A stretch of 64,000 nucleotides of DNA from Myxococcales bacterium (GCA_002731825.1 PCCS01000017.1:52434-116433); one strand, 5' to 3'. Numbered from the stretch's first letter, positions 18,636-28,955 are shown. Notes: generated from the letters alone by a model not told the origin. Numbers and translations are program-made.

Positions 18636-20510
18636 ATGCCAAAAGAAGTGTTGGTCGCGCGTCGCTATACGTTGCTAGACAGAATTGGTGTCGGCGGTAT
18701 GGGAGAGGTTTGGCGAACACACGACCAGCTGACAGGGCAAACGCTGGCCATTAAAATCCTGAGGCCACCCATCGCAGCTGCGCCGGCTGCTGAACTTCGC
18801 TTCCAACGAGAAATTAGAGCCATGGCGCGCTTACATCACCCGCGCATCGTTCCAGTGGTCGATGCGGGTACAGATCCCGACGTAGGCTTGTTCTTTGTCA
18901 TGGAACTCCAAAGGGGTCGTCCGCTTCATGAAGCCGCGGTCAAATGGCGCGGTTGGAATGAAATTTGGCCCGTGCTGGACCAAATATTGGAAACCCTCGC
19001 ACACGCACATTCGCACTCTGTGATTCACAGAGATATTAAACCTGACAACATTTTAGTCGATGAACTTGGGGAAGCTGTTCTACTGGATTTTGGCGTGGCA
19101 CGCTTGCGTGATCGAGCGCGGAGCGGGACCTCGGCTTACGATTTGCTGGGCACCGTCGACTATGCCGCTCCAGAGCAGGCCACCGGTAATCGACGTCGAA
19201 TCGGACCCTGGACCGATTTGTATTGTTTCGCCATCGTCCTCTACGAAATTATCTGCGGCCGCGTTCCATTTTGGGCATCCAGCCCGGTTCAATCACTGAT
19301 CATTCGGCTGGACTCGGGCTGTCCGACGCTGGACCCGAGGCCCGGATTCACAACCCCGGTCGGTTTGTGGGAGGTCTTAGACCGCATGCTACAACCCGAA
19401 CCCTTCGCGCGGTATAGAACCGCAGCCGAAGCACGCGCAGCATTGGCCAGCTTGGTGGACCAACCTCTCGAAGTTCTGACACCAGAAATTGACGGCGTGC
19501 CTACAGGCAGCCACGAGGTTGTCTATCGTGAGCAAGTCACAGATGATGAAGCGGCCGTTCTATTTGAGCATCGAAAGTCGCTTCTTACATCGACCTTCGA
19601 AGGGAGTCTTGGGACCCGACCCCCTGAAGCGCCTCTACGGACGTCGACGTTGGTCGGCCGCGATGAACTCTTGCTGAGCTTGTCTCGAGGCCTCGACCAT
19701 TGGATCAGTGAACCATCACCGGGCATTCTCGTTCTGACCGGGGCAAAAGGCAGTGGCAAAACCCGATTACTAACTGAATTACTGAGTCCATTCCTGGCCC
19801 AGGGAGAGGTGGAAGCCCACCAGCATCAGTGGCGCTACGGTCCCAGTATTCGATCGACAATGACGAGCATATCTGGCGGCATCGGAATGCAAGCAGAAGC
19901 TCTGCAAGAGCACTTGGAGTGGTTTTTGGATGGCCATGGTGCCTCACCCGACGAAAAAGCGAAACTTGTTGAATGGCTCATGGAGGATGACCGTGGGCAG
20001 AGTAATAATCGGGATATGGACTGTATCGAACTGTTTGTTCGAGCCTGCTGCGACCAGCGTCCATTCATTTTGGCAATCGATGGCGTAGACACCATAGATG
20101 ACCAAATCTTGGCTATCATTAAAGCGATTCGAAATGCGAAGTTACCCGTCATCGTCGTTCTCGCCGGAAACAACCCTAAGGTGCTGGCCGGCGATCGGAT
20201 GCCCAGTTGGTTGGCCAGTGCGAGACGGACGTTAGAGCCCCTAAACGAAGAAGAATTAGGTCGAATTGCAGACGAGCTAATCAAGCTTGACACCTATGAA
20301 AAAGAACGTGTTGTGGCTATGGCAAATGGCAATCCAAAGCGCTTATTCGAGCTGATATATGAGCTCCGTCGACACGGTGACGTCATTCCAGCCAGCCCGC
20401 GTTGGTTAATGGCACCAGAGGGCTGGGTGCCCATCGATGCAGCCGCCTCGGGAATGTATTCCATGAGTGGAATCGATCTATCCATCGCAATCGACGAAGA
20501 CATGTATTGA
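18636..20510 (+). CDS. Ser/Thr protein kinase with P-loop ATPase domain
   Basis: GVGGMG, LAIK, HRDIKPDN, DFG and APEQ motifs. Walker A GAKGSGKT and GNP motif. Confidence 0.9.
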   Translation: MPKEVLVARRYTLLDRIGVGGMGEVWRTHDQLTGQTLAIKILRPPIAAAPAAELRFQREIRAMARLHHPRIVPVVDAGTDPDVGLFFVMELQRGRPLHEAAVKWRGWNEIWPVLDQILETLAHAHSHSVIHRDIKPDNILVDELGEAVLLDFGVARLRDRARSGTSAYDLLGTVDYAAPEQATGNRRRIGPWTDLYCFAIVLYEIICGRVPFWASSPVQSLIIRLDSGCPTLDPRPGFTTPVGLWEVLDRMLQPEPFARYRTAAEARAALASLVDQPLEVLTPEIDGVPTGSHEVVYREQVTDDEAAVLFEHRKSLLTSTFEGSLGTRPPEAPLRTSTLVGRDELLLSLSRGLDHWISEPSPGILVLTGAKGSGKTRLLTELLSPFLAQGEVEAHQHQWRYGPSIRSTMTSISGGIGMQAEALQEHLEWFLDGHGASPDEKAKLVEWLMEDDRGQSNNRDMDCIELFVRACCDQRPFILAIDGVDTIDDQILAIIKAIRNAKLPVIVVLAGNNPKVLAGDRMPSWLASARRTLEPLNEEELGRIADELIKLDTYEKERVVAMANGNPKRLFELIYELRRHGDVIPASPRWLMAPEGWVPIDAAASGMYSMSGIDLSIAIDEDMY

Positions 20511-20583
20511 GCGTCCGCTGATAGCCGGACGGCCGCTTGCGAGATGAGGTGATGACAAAGTTCTGGGTGGAGACGTACAAATC

Positions 20584-21693
20584 ATGACACTCGACGAGCT
20601 GACCTGTGTTCTTAAGCCTGCCGGCGGTGGCATCCATGTTGTGAGCACAGGAGTCAATGAACTTCTCGCCTTGCAAACCCAATTATATCGTTGTCAGACA
20701 GGGGACGAAGTCAATGCTCTATGGCGAGCATCATTGGAGCAGCTGGACGGCGCGAAGAGCGCGTTACTTGGGGTACCGTCGGATGCGGGAGCCGGTTTTA
20801 CGCGGGGGTCTAACCGCGCACCCGGTGCGATTCGCCGCCACCTCATGACCGATACCGCCCACCCTATTTGGGATGGGCGTGTACTGGACATGGGCGATGT
20901 TCTGACTGTCCCCCAGCTCTTGAGCGAAGAGATGGTCTCGATGGAGCAACGCCAGCGTACGGAACAAGCACTCTATGGTGACAGCCTCAAATTAAAGAGT
21001 CGCGTCATCAGCCCACTGGGCATTTGTCGAGCGGTCTTAGAATACGCCTATCGACAAAACCCCGCGATTGTACCCATTGTCATCGGTGGCGATCACAGTG
21101 TCGGCTGGCCAGCCTTCGCAGCGGCGTTTGACCACTGGGAGACCAGACTGGGCCGTCGGATTGGCCTCCTGCATTTCGATGCCCATACGGATCTGCTCAG
21201 CGAGCGCCTCGGGGTCAAATACTGCTTTGCAACCTGGGCCTATCACGCCAATGAAAAACTGGGGCGCGATGGACGTCTGGTGCAAGTGGGGATTCGGACG
21301 AGTGGCCGGACCAAAGCGCACTGGGAGACAACCTTGGGTGTCAAACAGGTCTGGGCCGAAGAGGCCAATACCAAAGGTCCTCAAGCACTTATCGATGAAA
21401 TTTCCGCTCGGTTTCACAAACTGGGCGTCGATGCGTTGTACGTGAGTAACGATATCGATGGGACCGATCCGGCCTACGCTGCGGCGACGGGAACCCCCGA
21501 ACCAGGGGGGCTAACTCCCGACCTTGTCTCAGCACTGACACGGGGTCTCGGTAAACGGTTTCCGCTCATCGGAGGTGACTTGGTCGAGGTCGCGCCCCCC
21601 CTCGCATCTGACCGACCTCATGAACCTAAACGCACTCTGGATACAGCAGGTCGTTACATCGCCGATTTACTGGACCTGGCATTGACAATATGA
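20584..21693 (+). CDS. Arginase/agmatinase-family ureohydrolase
   Basis: GGDHS, DAHTD, SNDIDGTDP, TGTPEPGG and DLVEVAP motifs. Confidence 0.92.
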   Translation: MTLDELTCVLKPAGGGIHVVSTGVNELLALQTQLYRCQTGDEVNALWRASLEQLDGAKSALLGVPSDAGAGFTRGSNRAPGAIRRHLMTDTAHPIWDGRVLDMGDVLTVPQLLSEEMVSMEQRQRTEQALYGDSLKLKSRVISPLGICRAVLEYAYRQNPAIVPIVIGGDHSVGWPAFAAAFDHWETRLGRRIGLLHFDAHTDLLSERLGVKYCFATWAYHANEKLGRDGRLVQVGIRTSGRTKAHWETTLGVKQVWAEEANTKGPQALIDEISARFHKLGVDALYVSNDIDGTDPAYAAATGTPEPGGLTPDLVSALTRGLGKRFPLIGGDLVEVAPPLASDRPHEPKRTLDTAGRYIADLLDLALTI

Positions 21694-22238
21694 TCAAACC
21701 AAACCCGCCCAAGGGGCAGACCCTCTATCGAGAAAGACGATTTAGCCTGAGGGCCTGCGACTTATCTTTTGGGGGTGGACCAGTAGAGCGACGCGCCGTA
21801 GTCATTCATCATGGATCAGTCGTCATTTTACCGATCACAAACGACGGGCACGTGGTCATGATCGAAAATAAGCGATGGCAAATTGGGGCCCGTATCCTTG
21901 AACTTCCAGCGGGCACCATAAACCAATCCGAAGACCCAATGGTCTGCGCGTCGAGGGAATTGGTAGAGGAGACTGGCTATCGGGCAGGCCAACTAGAGCA
22001 TCTGCAAAGCATGTTTGCCTTACCCGGTCTGACAACCGAAGTCATGCACGTGTATCTTGCCCGTGAGCTGACTTGGGTGGGGCAATCCCTCGAAGATGAC
22101 GAAGATATCCGAGTCCGCCTCTTGACCTTAGACGACCTTCGTAAACGCATCACCCGAGGGGCAATCATCGACGGTAAAACACTCGCCGTCCTCTCCTCAT
22201 TCCTTCTGCGACAAGCAGACATCAAAGAAACGTCCTAA
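21690..22238 (+). CDS. NUDIX hydrolase (ADP-ribose pyrophosphatase-like)
   Basis: Nudix box ELPAG...ASRELVEETGY, followed by DEDI and DGKT. Confidence 0.9.
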   Translation: MIKPNPPKGQTLYRERRFSLRACDLSFGGGPVERRAVVIHHGSVVILPITNDGHVVMIENKRWQIGARILELPAGTINQSEDPMVCASRELVEETGYRAGQLEHLQSMFALPGLTTEVMHVYLARELTWVGQSLEDDEDIRVRLLTLDDLRKRITRGAIIDGKTLAVLSSFLLRQADIKETS

Positions 22239-22952
22239 AAGCTCCGTACTCTCATCTTGGTCTGGCAAGAACATGTCCGCCTTGCTTTCAGCCGAGGGAT
22301 CGAGTCGCTCTGCAAAACCTTGTCGATAGGCAAGATAGCGATAGCGTGCTTCAGCCCCCGTCATATCGGGGTGGAATTGAACGGAATAGACCCGAGAACC
22401 ACGGACGTGAAACGCCTGAGTTGCGGTCGCGGCATTTGAAGCCAAAAGGTCCACACCTGGCGGCACACCGCTGACGTGGTCGCTATGTCCAGAATGAACA
22501 CGAAACCGTGGTTGAAAATCTTGGAACAAAGCAGACCGATGCCCGGTCTCCGTCAACTCAACGGTCACTGTTCCCAATTCTGCATGGTTTGGATCAGTGA
22601 TCACATCATTCCCCAGATGTTGACCGAGTAGCTGATGACCAAAGCAAATCGCAAAGCACGGGATATCGTTGCTCAAAATACCATCTATGACCGCACGCAA
22701 CGGGGTCACCCAAGGCTGAGACTTTGGATGATGAACACTGAAATCACCAGACCCGCCAATGACAACACCATCGACGTCATCAAGCCACCGGGGATCAGCG
22801 ACATCGACCACAGCGTTACGACGTGTCAAATTAAGCTGGCGATCACCAAACCGACTACGGACGCATGCAAACTCATGGTCCAGCATGAGATCGTCGGGGG
22901 CGCGGACCTGGATGAGCAAGACGCGTTGTTTTGGTTTGTCGGTCATAAGCAC
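22197..22952 (-). CDS. Stand-alone class I glutamine amidotransferase-like protein
   Basis: IGGS, nucleophile AICFGHQ and VQFHPD. The start may be the ATG at 22946. Confidence 0.88.
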   Translation of the reverse strand: MLMTDKPKQRVLLIQVRAPDDLMLDHEFACVRSRFGDRQLNLTRRNAVVDVADPRWLDDVDGVVIGGSGDFSVHHPKSQPWVTPLRAVIDGILSNDIPCFAICFGHQLLGQHLGNDVITDPNHAELGTVTVELTETGHRSALFQDFQPRFRVHSGHSDHVSGVPPGVDLLASNAATATQAFHVRGSRVYSVQFHPDMTGAEARYRYLAYRQGFAERLDPSAESKADMFLPDQDESTELLGRFFDVCLSQKE

Positions 22953-23006
22953 TCACGATGAGACGTAGAGGACAAGTGTACGCCAAGGCAAGCGATGCGT
23001 CTAGAT

Positions 23007-24269
23007 TCAGCGGGTTGGCCGACTCGTGTCCTGGCTTTCAATTCGCCGGGTGTACAGGGGGAGAATTTTCGCTGTTAGCCATAGCCAGCCCAGGACGGCG
23101 AGTACGGAAATCCCCACCAGCAACTCGGGCGATGAGCTCAGTGCGCCGAGCGCGATGAGCAAGGCTGCAGCACTCGCTTTGGCAACCCGATAGATCATCA
23201 TATCGATCACCGCCTTACCCTGTGCCCGCTCCCGATGATTCAAAGGCAGATAGAGGGCTTCCTTCGCCGTTCGATAAACCGAATAGTCCATCGACTTACC
23301 CGCCACAAAGGCAAATGAGATCAATCCGACGGTCGGAATGATGGCGAAAGCACTCAGACAGATGAGTAGAACAACAGGTACGCCCACAAGGACGCCACCA
23401 ACACCGATAACTGAGATGATTAAACCACCCCCAAGTTGCATACATAGGGCAGCTGCATCGATGTATCCATAAACGGTGCCAAAAGCCGCCGTTTTGTCTT
23501 CACTGCTTGCATAGTTGGCCTCAATCATGGACGTCAGCTGATAATCGACCAAGTTCAAGGCGAGCTGAATCAGCGCGATGATACCCAAGAGACATAAGAG
23601 ATACTTGGTTCTCATAACCAGCCTAAACCCCGATGCAAAATCGACCGGTGTTTCACCGCTGCCTTGCGATTCGGGCGCCATGTTTGGCATAAAGCTGATC
23701 AGGGCGGCTGTACCCAAAAGCATGGGCAATACAAGCCAGGGCGCATGACCCGTACCTAATTGCTCTGCGAGCCCCCCCACTGAGAAATTTGCAGCCATAC
23801 CACCCAACGTACCCACGCTTAAGAACACCCCGTAAATCCACTTCGCGGTTTTCAGCTGAAAGACCGAATTTGCAAAGGTCCAAAACATCTCAATGAGGAC
23901 AACGATGTAGACGTCCTTCCAGACAAATAGGAGGAAGACAGCCCAGGTTAAACCAGAATGATATAAGACCAGGCCCAAGATTAGAACAGCGCAGATCCAA
24001 AGGACCGCCCGTTGATATAATTGCTTCAACTCCATCCGAGCGGTGGCTCGGCTGTAGACGGCAACGGTGAGGGTCACGCCAATTGCGACAAGGATCCAAG
24101 CGTACGGTACAGCGTCTTTACCGTAGTGATCGACAAGTAATGCTTTCAGGGATGGCCGTGCGATGGCATAGCTGCCAAGAACAAGAAATGAACACGCACT
24201 GAGGACCCAAATCATCGCTTTATTTGGTTTATTGATCTGCTGGGCAGATTGCTCATCTGATATGTGCAT
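23007..24269 (-). CDS. Npt/TLC-like (ATP/ADP translocase-related) MFS transporter
   Basis: FWTFANSVF...AKWIYG, SMDYSVYRTAKEALYLPL and KAVIDMMIYRVAK, with about 12 TM segments. Confidence 0.72.
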   Translation of the reverse strand: MHISDEQSAQQINKPNKAMIWVLSACSFLVLGSYAIARPSLKALLVDHYGKDAVPYAWILVAIGVTLTVAVYSRATARMELKQLYQRAVLWICAVLILGLVLYHSGLTWAVFLLFVWKDVYIVVLIEMFWTFANSVFQLKTAKWIYGVFLSVGTLGGMAANFSVGGLAEQLGTGHAPWLVLPMLLGTAALISFMPNMAPESQGSGETPVDFASGFRLVMRTKYLLCLLGIIALIQLALNLVDYQLTSMIEANYASSEDKTAAFGTVYGYIDAAALCMQLGGGLIISVIGVGGVLVGVPVVLLICLSAFAIIPTVGLISFAFVAGKSMDYSVYRTAKEALYLPLNHRERAQGKAVIDMMIYRVAKASAAALLIALGALSSSPELLVGISVLAVLGWLWLTAKILPLYTRRIESQDTSRPTR

Positions 24270-25690
24270 CAGCTGCCGGGTCCCTGCGTGTGCGACGTGG
24301 ACTGAGCGGTCTCACCCCCAGTCGACTTAAACGAACCGCGGTCAACGACACGACGCACGCCATAGAGGACAACCCCTCCCGCGACGAAGTAGAGCCCCAT
24401 AATGATGCGCGCCATGGGTGTATTGAATAAGAGCCAAGAGCATAAACCAATAGCGATCAAGGGAATCACCGGACCACCAGGTACACGAAAATCACCGTTC
24501 GATGGAGAATCAGCGTCCGATCTACGCCTGAGAACCATTACAGCGAGGCATGTGGGAATGTATTGAAGAAATCGAGCGACCACACCGACCACGGCCAGTT
24601 CGGCAAATGACCCACTCAAACACAAGATGCACGCCAGTGCCCAAGTGAGAACTATGGCCGCTCGTGGTGTCCCCGAACGACCGTCTAGCCGAGCAAATAT
24701 GCGGGGTAAGTCCCCACGCTCCGCCATCGCAAAGAAACGCCGCGGACTGACGAATGCCGCACCTGCATTTGTACCAAATACAGAAATGGCGATCCCGATG
24801 GCGATCACCAGTCCTCCGGTGGCGCCCATGAATTCATGGGCGCTGGCAGCAACTGGGTTAGGGTGACCCGCGAGGCCATCTAGAGTTCCGATGGCAACGC
24901 TGAGGACGCCCACATACACAACGGTCACAACAACCATGACCACCAATAATGCCAGGGGAACATTTCGCTTTGGGTTCTCCATCTCGCCTGCGGGGACCAC
25001 CAAGGTTTCAAAACCAACATAGGCGTATAAGAGAACCATCGTGGTTTCTCCAAAACTACCCCATCCTTGTGGTGCAAAGTCTGAAAACCGGCCCCCTTCA
25101 ATAAAGAATAACCCGACCAATACAAACATGACCATTGGAGCAAGTTTTGCCACTGAGAAAACCGTTGAGATGGCAGCCCCTTGACGGGCACCGAAGAGGT
25201 TGACCACCATGAGAACAGTCATCACGACGATGGCAACAGTCTTTTGAAAAACATCCGCTGAATTGCTGGCATCAACCCAAGGGACAACCCCAGTAAACCA
25301 ATCAACCCCACCTTGCCAATAGGTTGGCATCAGGCCCGATAGGACGACCATGAGGCCATTGGCCAAGGCGGCCCATGAAATCACAGCGATACAGCAGGTT
25401 ATCCACCCAACCTGAAATCCCACAAAGTCGCCATAGGCGCGACGTGCATACACATAGGCGCCGCCCGTTTCGTCAAAACGGCTTGCCACCTCGGCGAAAC
25501 AAAGGGCGATTAGAAAGCAAAGGACGCCACCAAAAATCAGCGATATCAATGAGGCTGGCCCTAAAAAGCCTGCAGCCTTACCGGGTAGTAAGAAAATCCC
25601 CTGCCCGATGACACCATTGATGCCAAGTGCGACGACAGCCGTAAAAGACAAGCTCCGTTTAAGAGAGGCTGTATTATGCTCCTCATTCAT
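24269..25690 (-). CDS. APC-family amino-acid permease
   Basis: LGINGVIGQGIF, FAEVASRF..TGGAY and YAYVGFE...AGEMENPKRNVP. Confidence 0.92.
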   Translation of the reverse strand: MNEEHNTASLKRSLSFTAVVALGINGVIGQGIFLLPGKAAGFLGPASLISLIFGGVLCFLIALCFAEVASRFDETGGAYVYARRAYGDFVGFQVGWITCCIAVISWAALANGLMVVLSGLMPTYWQGGVDWFTGVVPWVDASNSADVFQKTVAIVVMTVLMVVNLFGARQGAAISTVFSVAKLAPMVMFVLVGLFFIEGGRFSDFAPQGWGSFGETTMVLLYAYVGFETLVVPAGEMENPKRNVPLALLVVMVVVTVVYVGVLSVAIGTLDGLAGHPNPVAASAHEFMGATGGLVIAIGIAISVFGTNAGAAFVSPRRFFAMAERGDLPRIFARLDGRSGTPRAAIVLTWALACILCLSGSFAELAVVGVVARFLQYIPTCLAVMVLRRRSDADSPSNGDFRVPGGPVIPLIAIGLCSWLLFNTPMARIIMGLYFVAGGVVLYGVRRVVDRGSFKSTGGETAQSTSHTQGPGS

Positions 25691-25742
25691 AAGTGGTGTC
25701 CTTTTTTCGCTTTTTTGGGTGTTTTTAGAGCGTGTTCTCTAC

Positions 25743-27023
25743 TTAACTTCGCCGATATTTTGCCGGATTTAAGCCCTCTTTTGAGACCCATCTATACGCT
25801 TGCTGCCGATGGACGCCTAGGTCCCGTGCAACCTTCGACATATTCCCACCGTGAATGCGTAATAGGTCTTCGAGTTTAGAGAGAGATGGCGGACCAGAGA
25901 CCTCATTGGATGTACTTCCAGTCACATGACTCGGTAGGTGTGAGGGATGTACTGAGCCAGCCTGCTGTGCAAATAACCGAACGTATTCAGCCACATTCTT
26001 TAACTCGCGTACATTCTCTTTCCACTTATACAAAAGAAGCCGTTCGGCCACCGTAATGCCAAAGGGAATCCCCTCCACAAAGTCATCAAATAGAGCGAGA
26101 ATTTCATCGCGCCTACGACTCAACGCTGGAAGCTGAATGGTGACGCCTCGCAATCGCGCTAAGAGGTCTTTGCGAAAGGTTCCAGCGGTACACATAGAAT
26201 CCAAATCCGTATGGGTAGCAGCCACGATGCGCACATTGACCGATTGGTCACGATCGGCCCCAACCGGTCGAATGCGGCCTGTCTCACACGCCCTTAATAG
26301 CGCTGGTTGTTGCTCAAGGGGCAGCTCCGCGATTTCATCGAGGAACAATGTTCCACCATCGGCAGCCGCAAATAAACCCGTCCGTGACGATTGAGCCCCA
26401 GAGTACGCACCTTTGACATGACCAAACAGCTCGCTGCCTAAAAGCTCGCTACTCAATGCGCCACAATTGAGGGATACCAAACGGCCTTTGCGCCGACTCA
26501 TGAGATGGATACGCTCCGCCATGCGCTCTTTACCAGCGCCGGTCGGACCATAGATCAGCACGGGCAAGTCAGAGCCGGCTGCACGATCGGCAATGCCTTC
26601 GACGATCGCCCTCGACAAACTGAGACGCGGTGACAAACTTGGAATCGGTGTGCCTGGACCCAAGGCAGCTCGAACATAGACAAAAATACTACGCCCGGTG
26701 CGGATGACACTGCCGTCATCTAGCTTGGCGCTCGTCACTCGGCTTCCATTCACAAAGGTCCCGTTGCTGCTGTCCAAGTCGGACACCATATGGGCGTTTG
26801 AGCGTCTATCGAAACTGACCATGGCGTGCCGACGACTCGCCTCACCATCAGCGATGGTCAGACCATTTCGATCGTTGGGTGCGCGTCCGATAACCAGTTC
26901 AGACGAACCGATAGCGATCACCCGCGCTTCACTGATGGGATAGACTTGGCGCAACAAATAGACAGCACGGATGATACCCATCTCACCCGTTGCCATCGGC
27001 GGTTTGGTAACTGGCTGGTTCAC
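25743..27023 (-). CDS. FHA-domain sigma54-dependent enhancer-binding protein with C-terminal HTH
   Basis: FHA motifs IGR, SRRHA and SSNGTFVNG. Walker A GPTGAGKE, ELFGHVKGAYSGA, FLDEI, NVREL and a Fis-type HTH. Confidence 0.92.
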   Translation of the reverse strand: MNQPVTKPPMATGEMGIIRAVYLLRQVYPISEARVIAIGSSELVIGRAPNDRNGLTIADGEASRRHAMVSFDRRSNAHMVSDLDSSNGTFVNGSRVTSAKLDDGSVIRTGRSIFVYVRAALGPGTPIPSLSPRLSLSRAIVEGIADRAAGSDLPVLIYGPTGAGKERMAERIHLMSRRKGRLVSLNCGALSSELLGSELFGHVKGAYSGAQSSRTGLFAAADGGTLFLDEIAELPLEQQPALLRACETGRIRPVGADRDQSVNVRIVAATHTDLDSMCTAGTFRKDLLARLRGVTIQLPALSRRRDEILALFDDFVEGIPFGITVAERLLLYKWKENVRELKNVAEYVRLFAQQAGSVHPSHLPSHVTGSTSNEVSGPPSLSKLEDLLRIHGGNMSKVARDLGVHRQQAYRWVSKEGLNPAKYRRS

Positions 27024-27098
27024 ATCGCGGAGATTAACACAGAAACACCTGAATCGTCGAACAAGCGACTGCGCTTTGTATTCCTTGATGCAACGACT

Positions 27099-28175
27099 TT
27101 ATAGCGACTCGCAGAAATGATTCTCAAATGAGGCAAGTTCAAGAGTTTCGACGGCATCTGCGGGCCAGGAATTGAGACCTGAATCAACCATCCACAGGCA
27201 CGCGTCATCGGGATTTGGGTCGACTGTGCCCAGTACATAGGACGCCCCATCAGTCGAGACCGTCAAGGTTCGTAATGCCCCGTAATTGGGTTTAATGTGT
27301 GCGGCAAGTTCAGGCATTAATTTCTGGCACTTCTTATGCTGTGTATGGCCGCAAACCTGGTGTAGTCCACCGGGTAGGTCGTGAATATTAAAACGACGTA
27401 GTGCCCCCACATCGCCGCTTTCACCAGGGTCTTCTGTGGTTGGGCGATGATACAAAAGCCCCCGGCCTTCCCGACCTGGTCGACCCGCCTGGTGTAAAGG
27501 GCTGAGGTCTAGGGCCGCTGCACGACCCATGCGCCACGCCTCGGCCACTGCATCCACGGCCCGATCTAGGAACCCATTGAGAGCGTCTGCAATCACTCTT
27601 GGCTCAGCGCCGCGACAATCCAGCTGATCCAATTCTCGATTTGTCACCCCTGCATGCGTGACCAAAACGGCATTGCCAAATTTGGTCTCACCGACACAGG
27701 CAAGCCGAAAACGTCTTTGGAGAAGCAGGCTTTGGACCAAGCGCCTCTGCTCAACTGTAAACGCCGAGAAGTCTCTTTGGACAACGCCTAAAGCGGGCAG
27801 ATCAGGGAAATGTTCAAATAACGCCTCTTCATCACCTGTCTCGGCGATACGTCGCGCTTCAGAGAAATCTGTATCGGAGAGACGATAGAGTTCCATAACC
27901 CGGCACACATCGTGGTTGCCCATAATCATGACGACCTGCTCGCCAGGCTGGTCTAACAGCCACTCTAGAATTCTGACGCCCTCGCGTTGAGCCTGCTCCA
28001 GGTCGACGCCTTCACGACCAAAGTCAAAATAATCGCCTATGGTGATCAATCCGACATCGGGTCGCAATTGACAGCTCTCTGTCAACAAGCCGCGGTACCC
28101 CAAAACAGAGATGAATTGCTCGAAGGTCGTCTGCGGATCACCGACGACGCCAATTCGAGTGAACTTTGATTTCAT
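27099..28175 (-). CDS. Calcineurin-like metallophosphoesterase
   Basis: GDPQ, GDYFD, GNHD, THAG and GHT motifs. ATGA overlap with the upstream gene. Confidence 0.8.
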   Translation of the reverse strand: MKSKFTRIGVVGDPQTTFEQFISVLGYRGLLTESCQLRPDVGLITIGDYFDFGREGVDLEQAQREGVRILEWLLDQPGEQVVMIMGNHDVCRVMELYRLSDTDFSEARRIAETGDEEALFEHFPDLPALGVVQRDFSAFTVEQRRLVQSLLLQRRFRLACVGETKFGNAVLVTHAGVTNRELDQLDCRGAEPRVIADALNGFLDRAVDAVAEAWRMGRAAALDLSPLHQAGRPGREGRGLLYHRPTTEDPGESGDVGALRRFNIHDLPGGLHQVCGHTQHKKCQKLMPELAAHIKPNYGALRTLTVSTDGASYVLGTVDPNPDDACLWMVDSGLNSWPADAVETLELASFENHFCESL

Positions 28176-28942
28176 AGGCCACACTCCGCGTCGACGAGAC
28201 GACGAAAGGCGCCGTGAAGTTCTGCACCGATGGGACCATGTCCTGACAGTGCGCGCCCGTTACATTCGACCACGGGCGATAGTTCTTTCAATGTCGATGC
28301 AAGATAGAGTTCGTCGAAGTCGCTCTCAACGTGTAGGGCGGTCTCCACGACGTCGATTTGGGCGGCGTTTGCCGCATCCATCAGAGCCTCACGAGTCACG
28401 CCAGCCAGCTGTCGACCATCCAGGGGCGGCGTGACCAATCGACCGTCGACCACAGCAAAAACATTGGACCGATTGGCTTCTAGAATATGTCCGTTGGGAT
28501 CGACCAGTAAGACCTCGTCGACCTGGGCTTTACGCGCAGCCAAGAGCCAGGCCGCGCGACATCCATGTTTGACAGCACCTGGCAAGGATGGGGGATTGAC
28601 CCATGAGAGCGACGACACCCGAACGTGTCGACCCGCCGTACCAGCTGGGATAAGCGACCGTTGTAGTATAATATTACCGCCCGCTGTGACCGTGTAACGG
28701 ATGGAGACGTTGCCCTGACAAACGGCTAAGATCTCCGTCCTGATTTGCTCTATGGGAGGCACGCTTAAGCCCATGGCATCCGCCGAGCGTTGCAAGCGGA
28801 GAAGATGAGGTTCGAAACGAAATGGAATGCCGTCATAGGTCCGAAGTGTCTCAAACGCCGTTAAGCCAAAAAGCAGCCCAGGATCGTCGCCTGGGATCTG
28901 GCCACCCTCACGACCATTAACCCAAATTGTTGACTCACTCAT
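28172..28942 (-). CDS. Class IV PLP aminotransferase (PabC/IlvE-like)
   Basis: GLLFG..AFETLR, HLLRL..SA, EANRSNVF and LAGVTR motifs. Start moved to MSESTIWVNG. Confidence 0.88.
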   Translation of the reverse strand: MSESTIWVNGREGGQIPGDDPGLLFGLTAFETLRTYDGIPFRFEPHLLRLQRSADAMGLSVPPIEQIRTEILAVCQGNVSIRYTVTAGGNIILQRSLIPAGTAGRHVRVSSLSWVNPPSLPGAVKHGCRAAWLLAARKAQVDEVLLVDPNGHILEANRSNVFAVVDGRLVTPPLDGRQLAGVTREALMDAANAAQIDVVETALHVESDFDELYLASTLKELSPVVECNGRALSGHGPIGAELHGAFRRLVDAECGL

Positions 28943-28955
28943 CACAGTCGGACCC

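Noticed and set aside
20552-20587. 11-codon upstream ORF (MTKFWVETYKS) ending on the ureohydrolase start
   Set aside because: Its SD-like GAGGT is too close to the ATG, and the downstream gene has its own GGAG.
22197-22238. 42-nt convergent overlap of the NUDIX and GATase 3' ends
   Set aside because: Short tail-to-tail overlaps are common in compact genomes, and nothing suggests a function.
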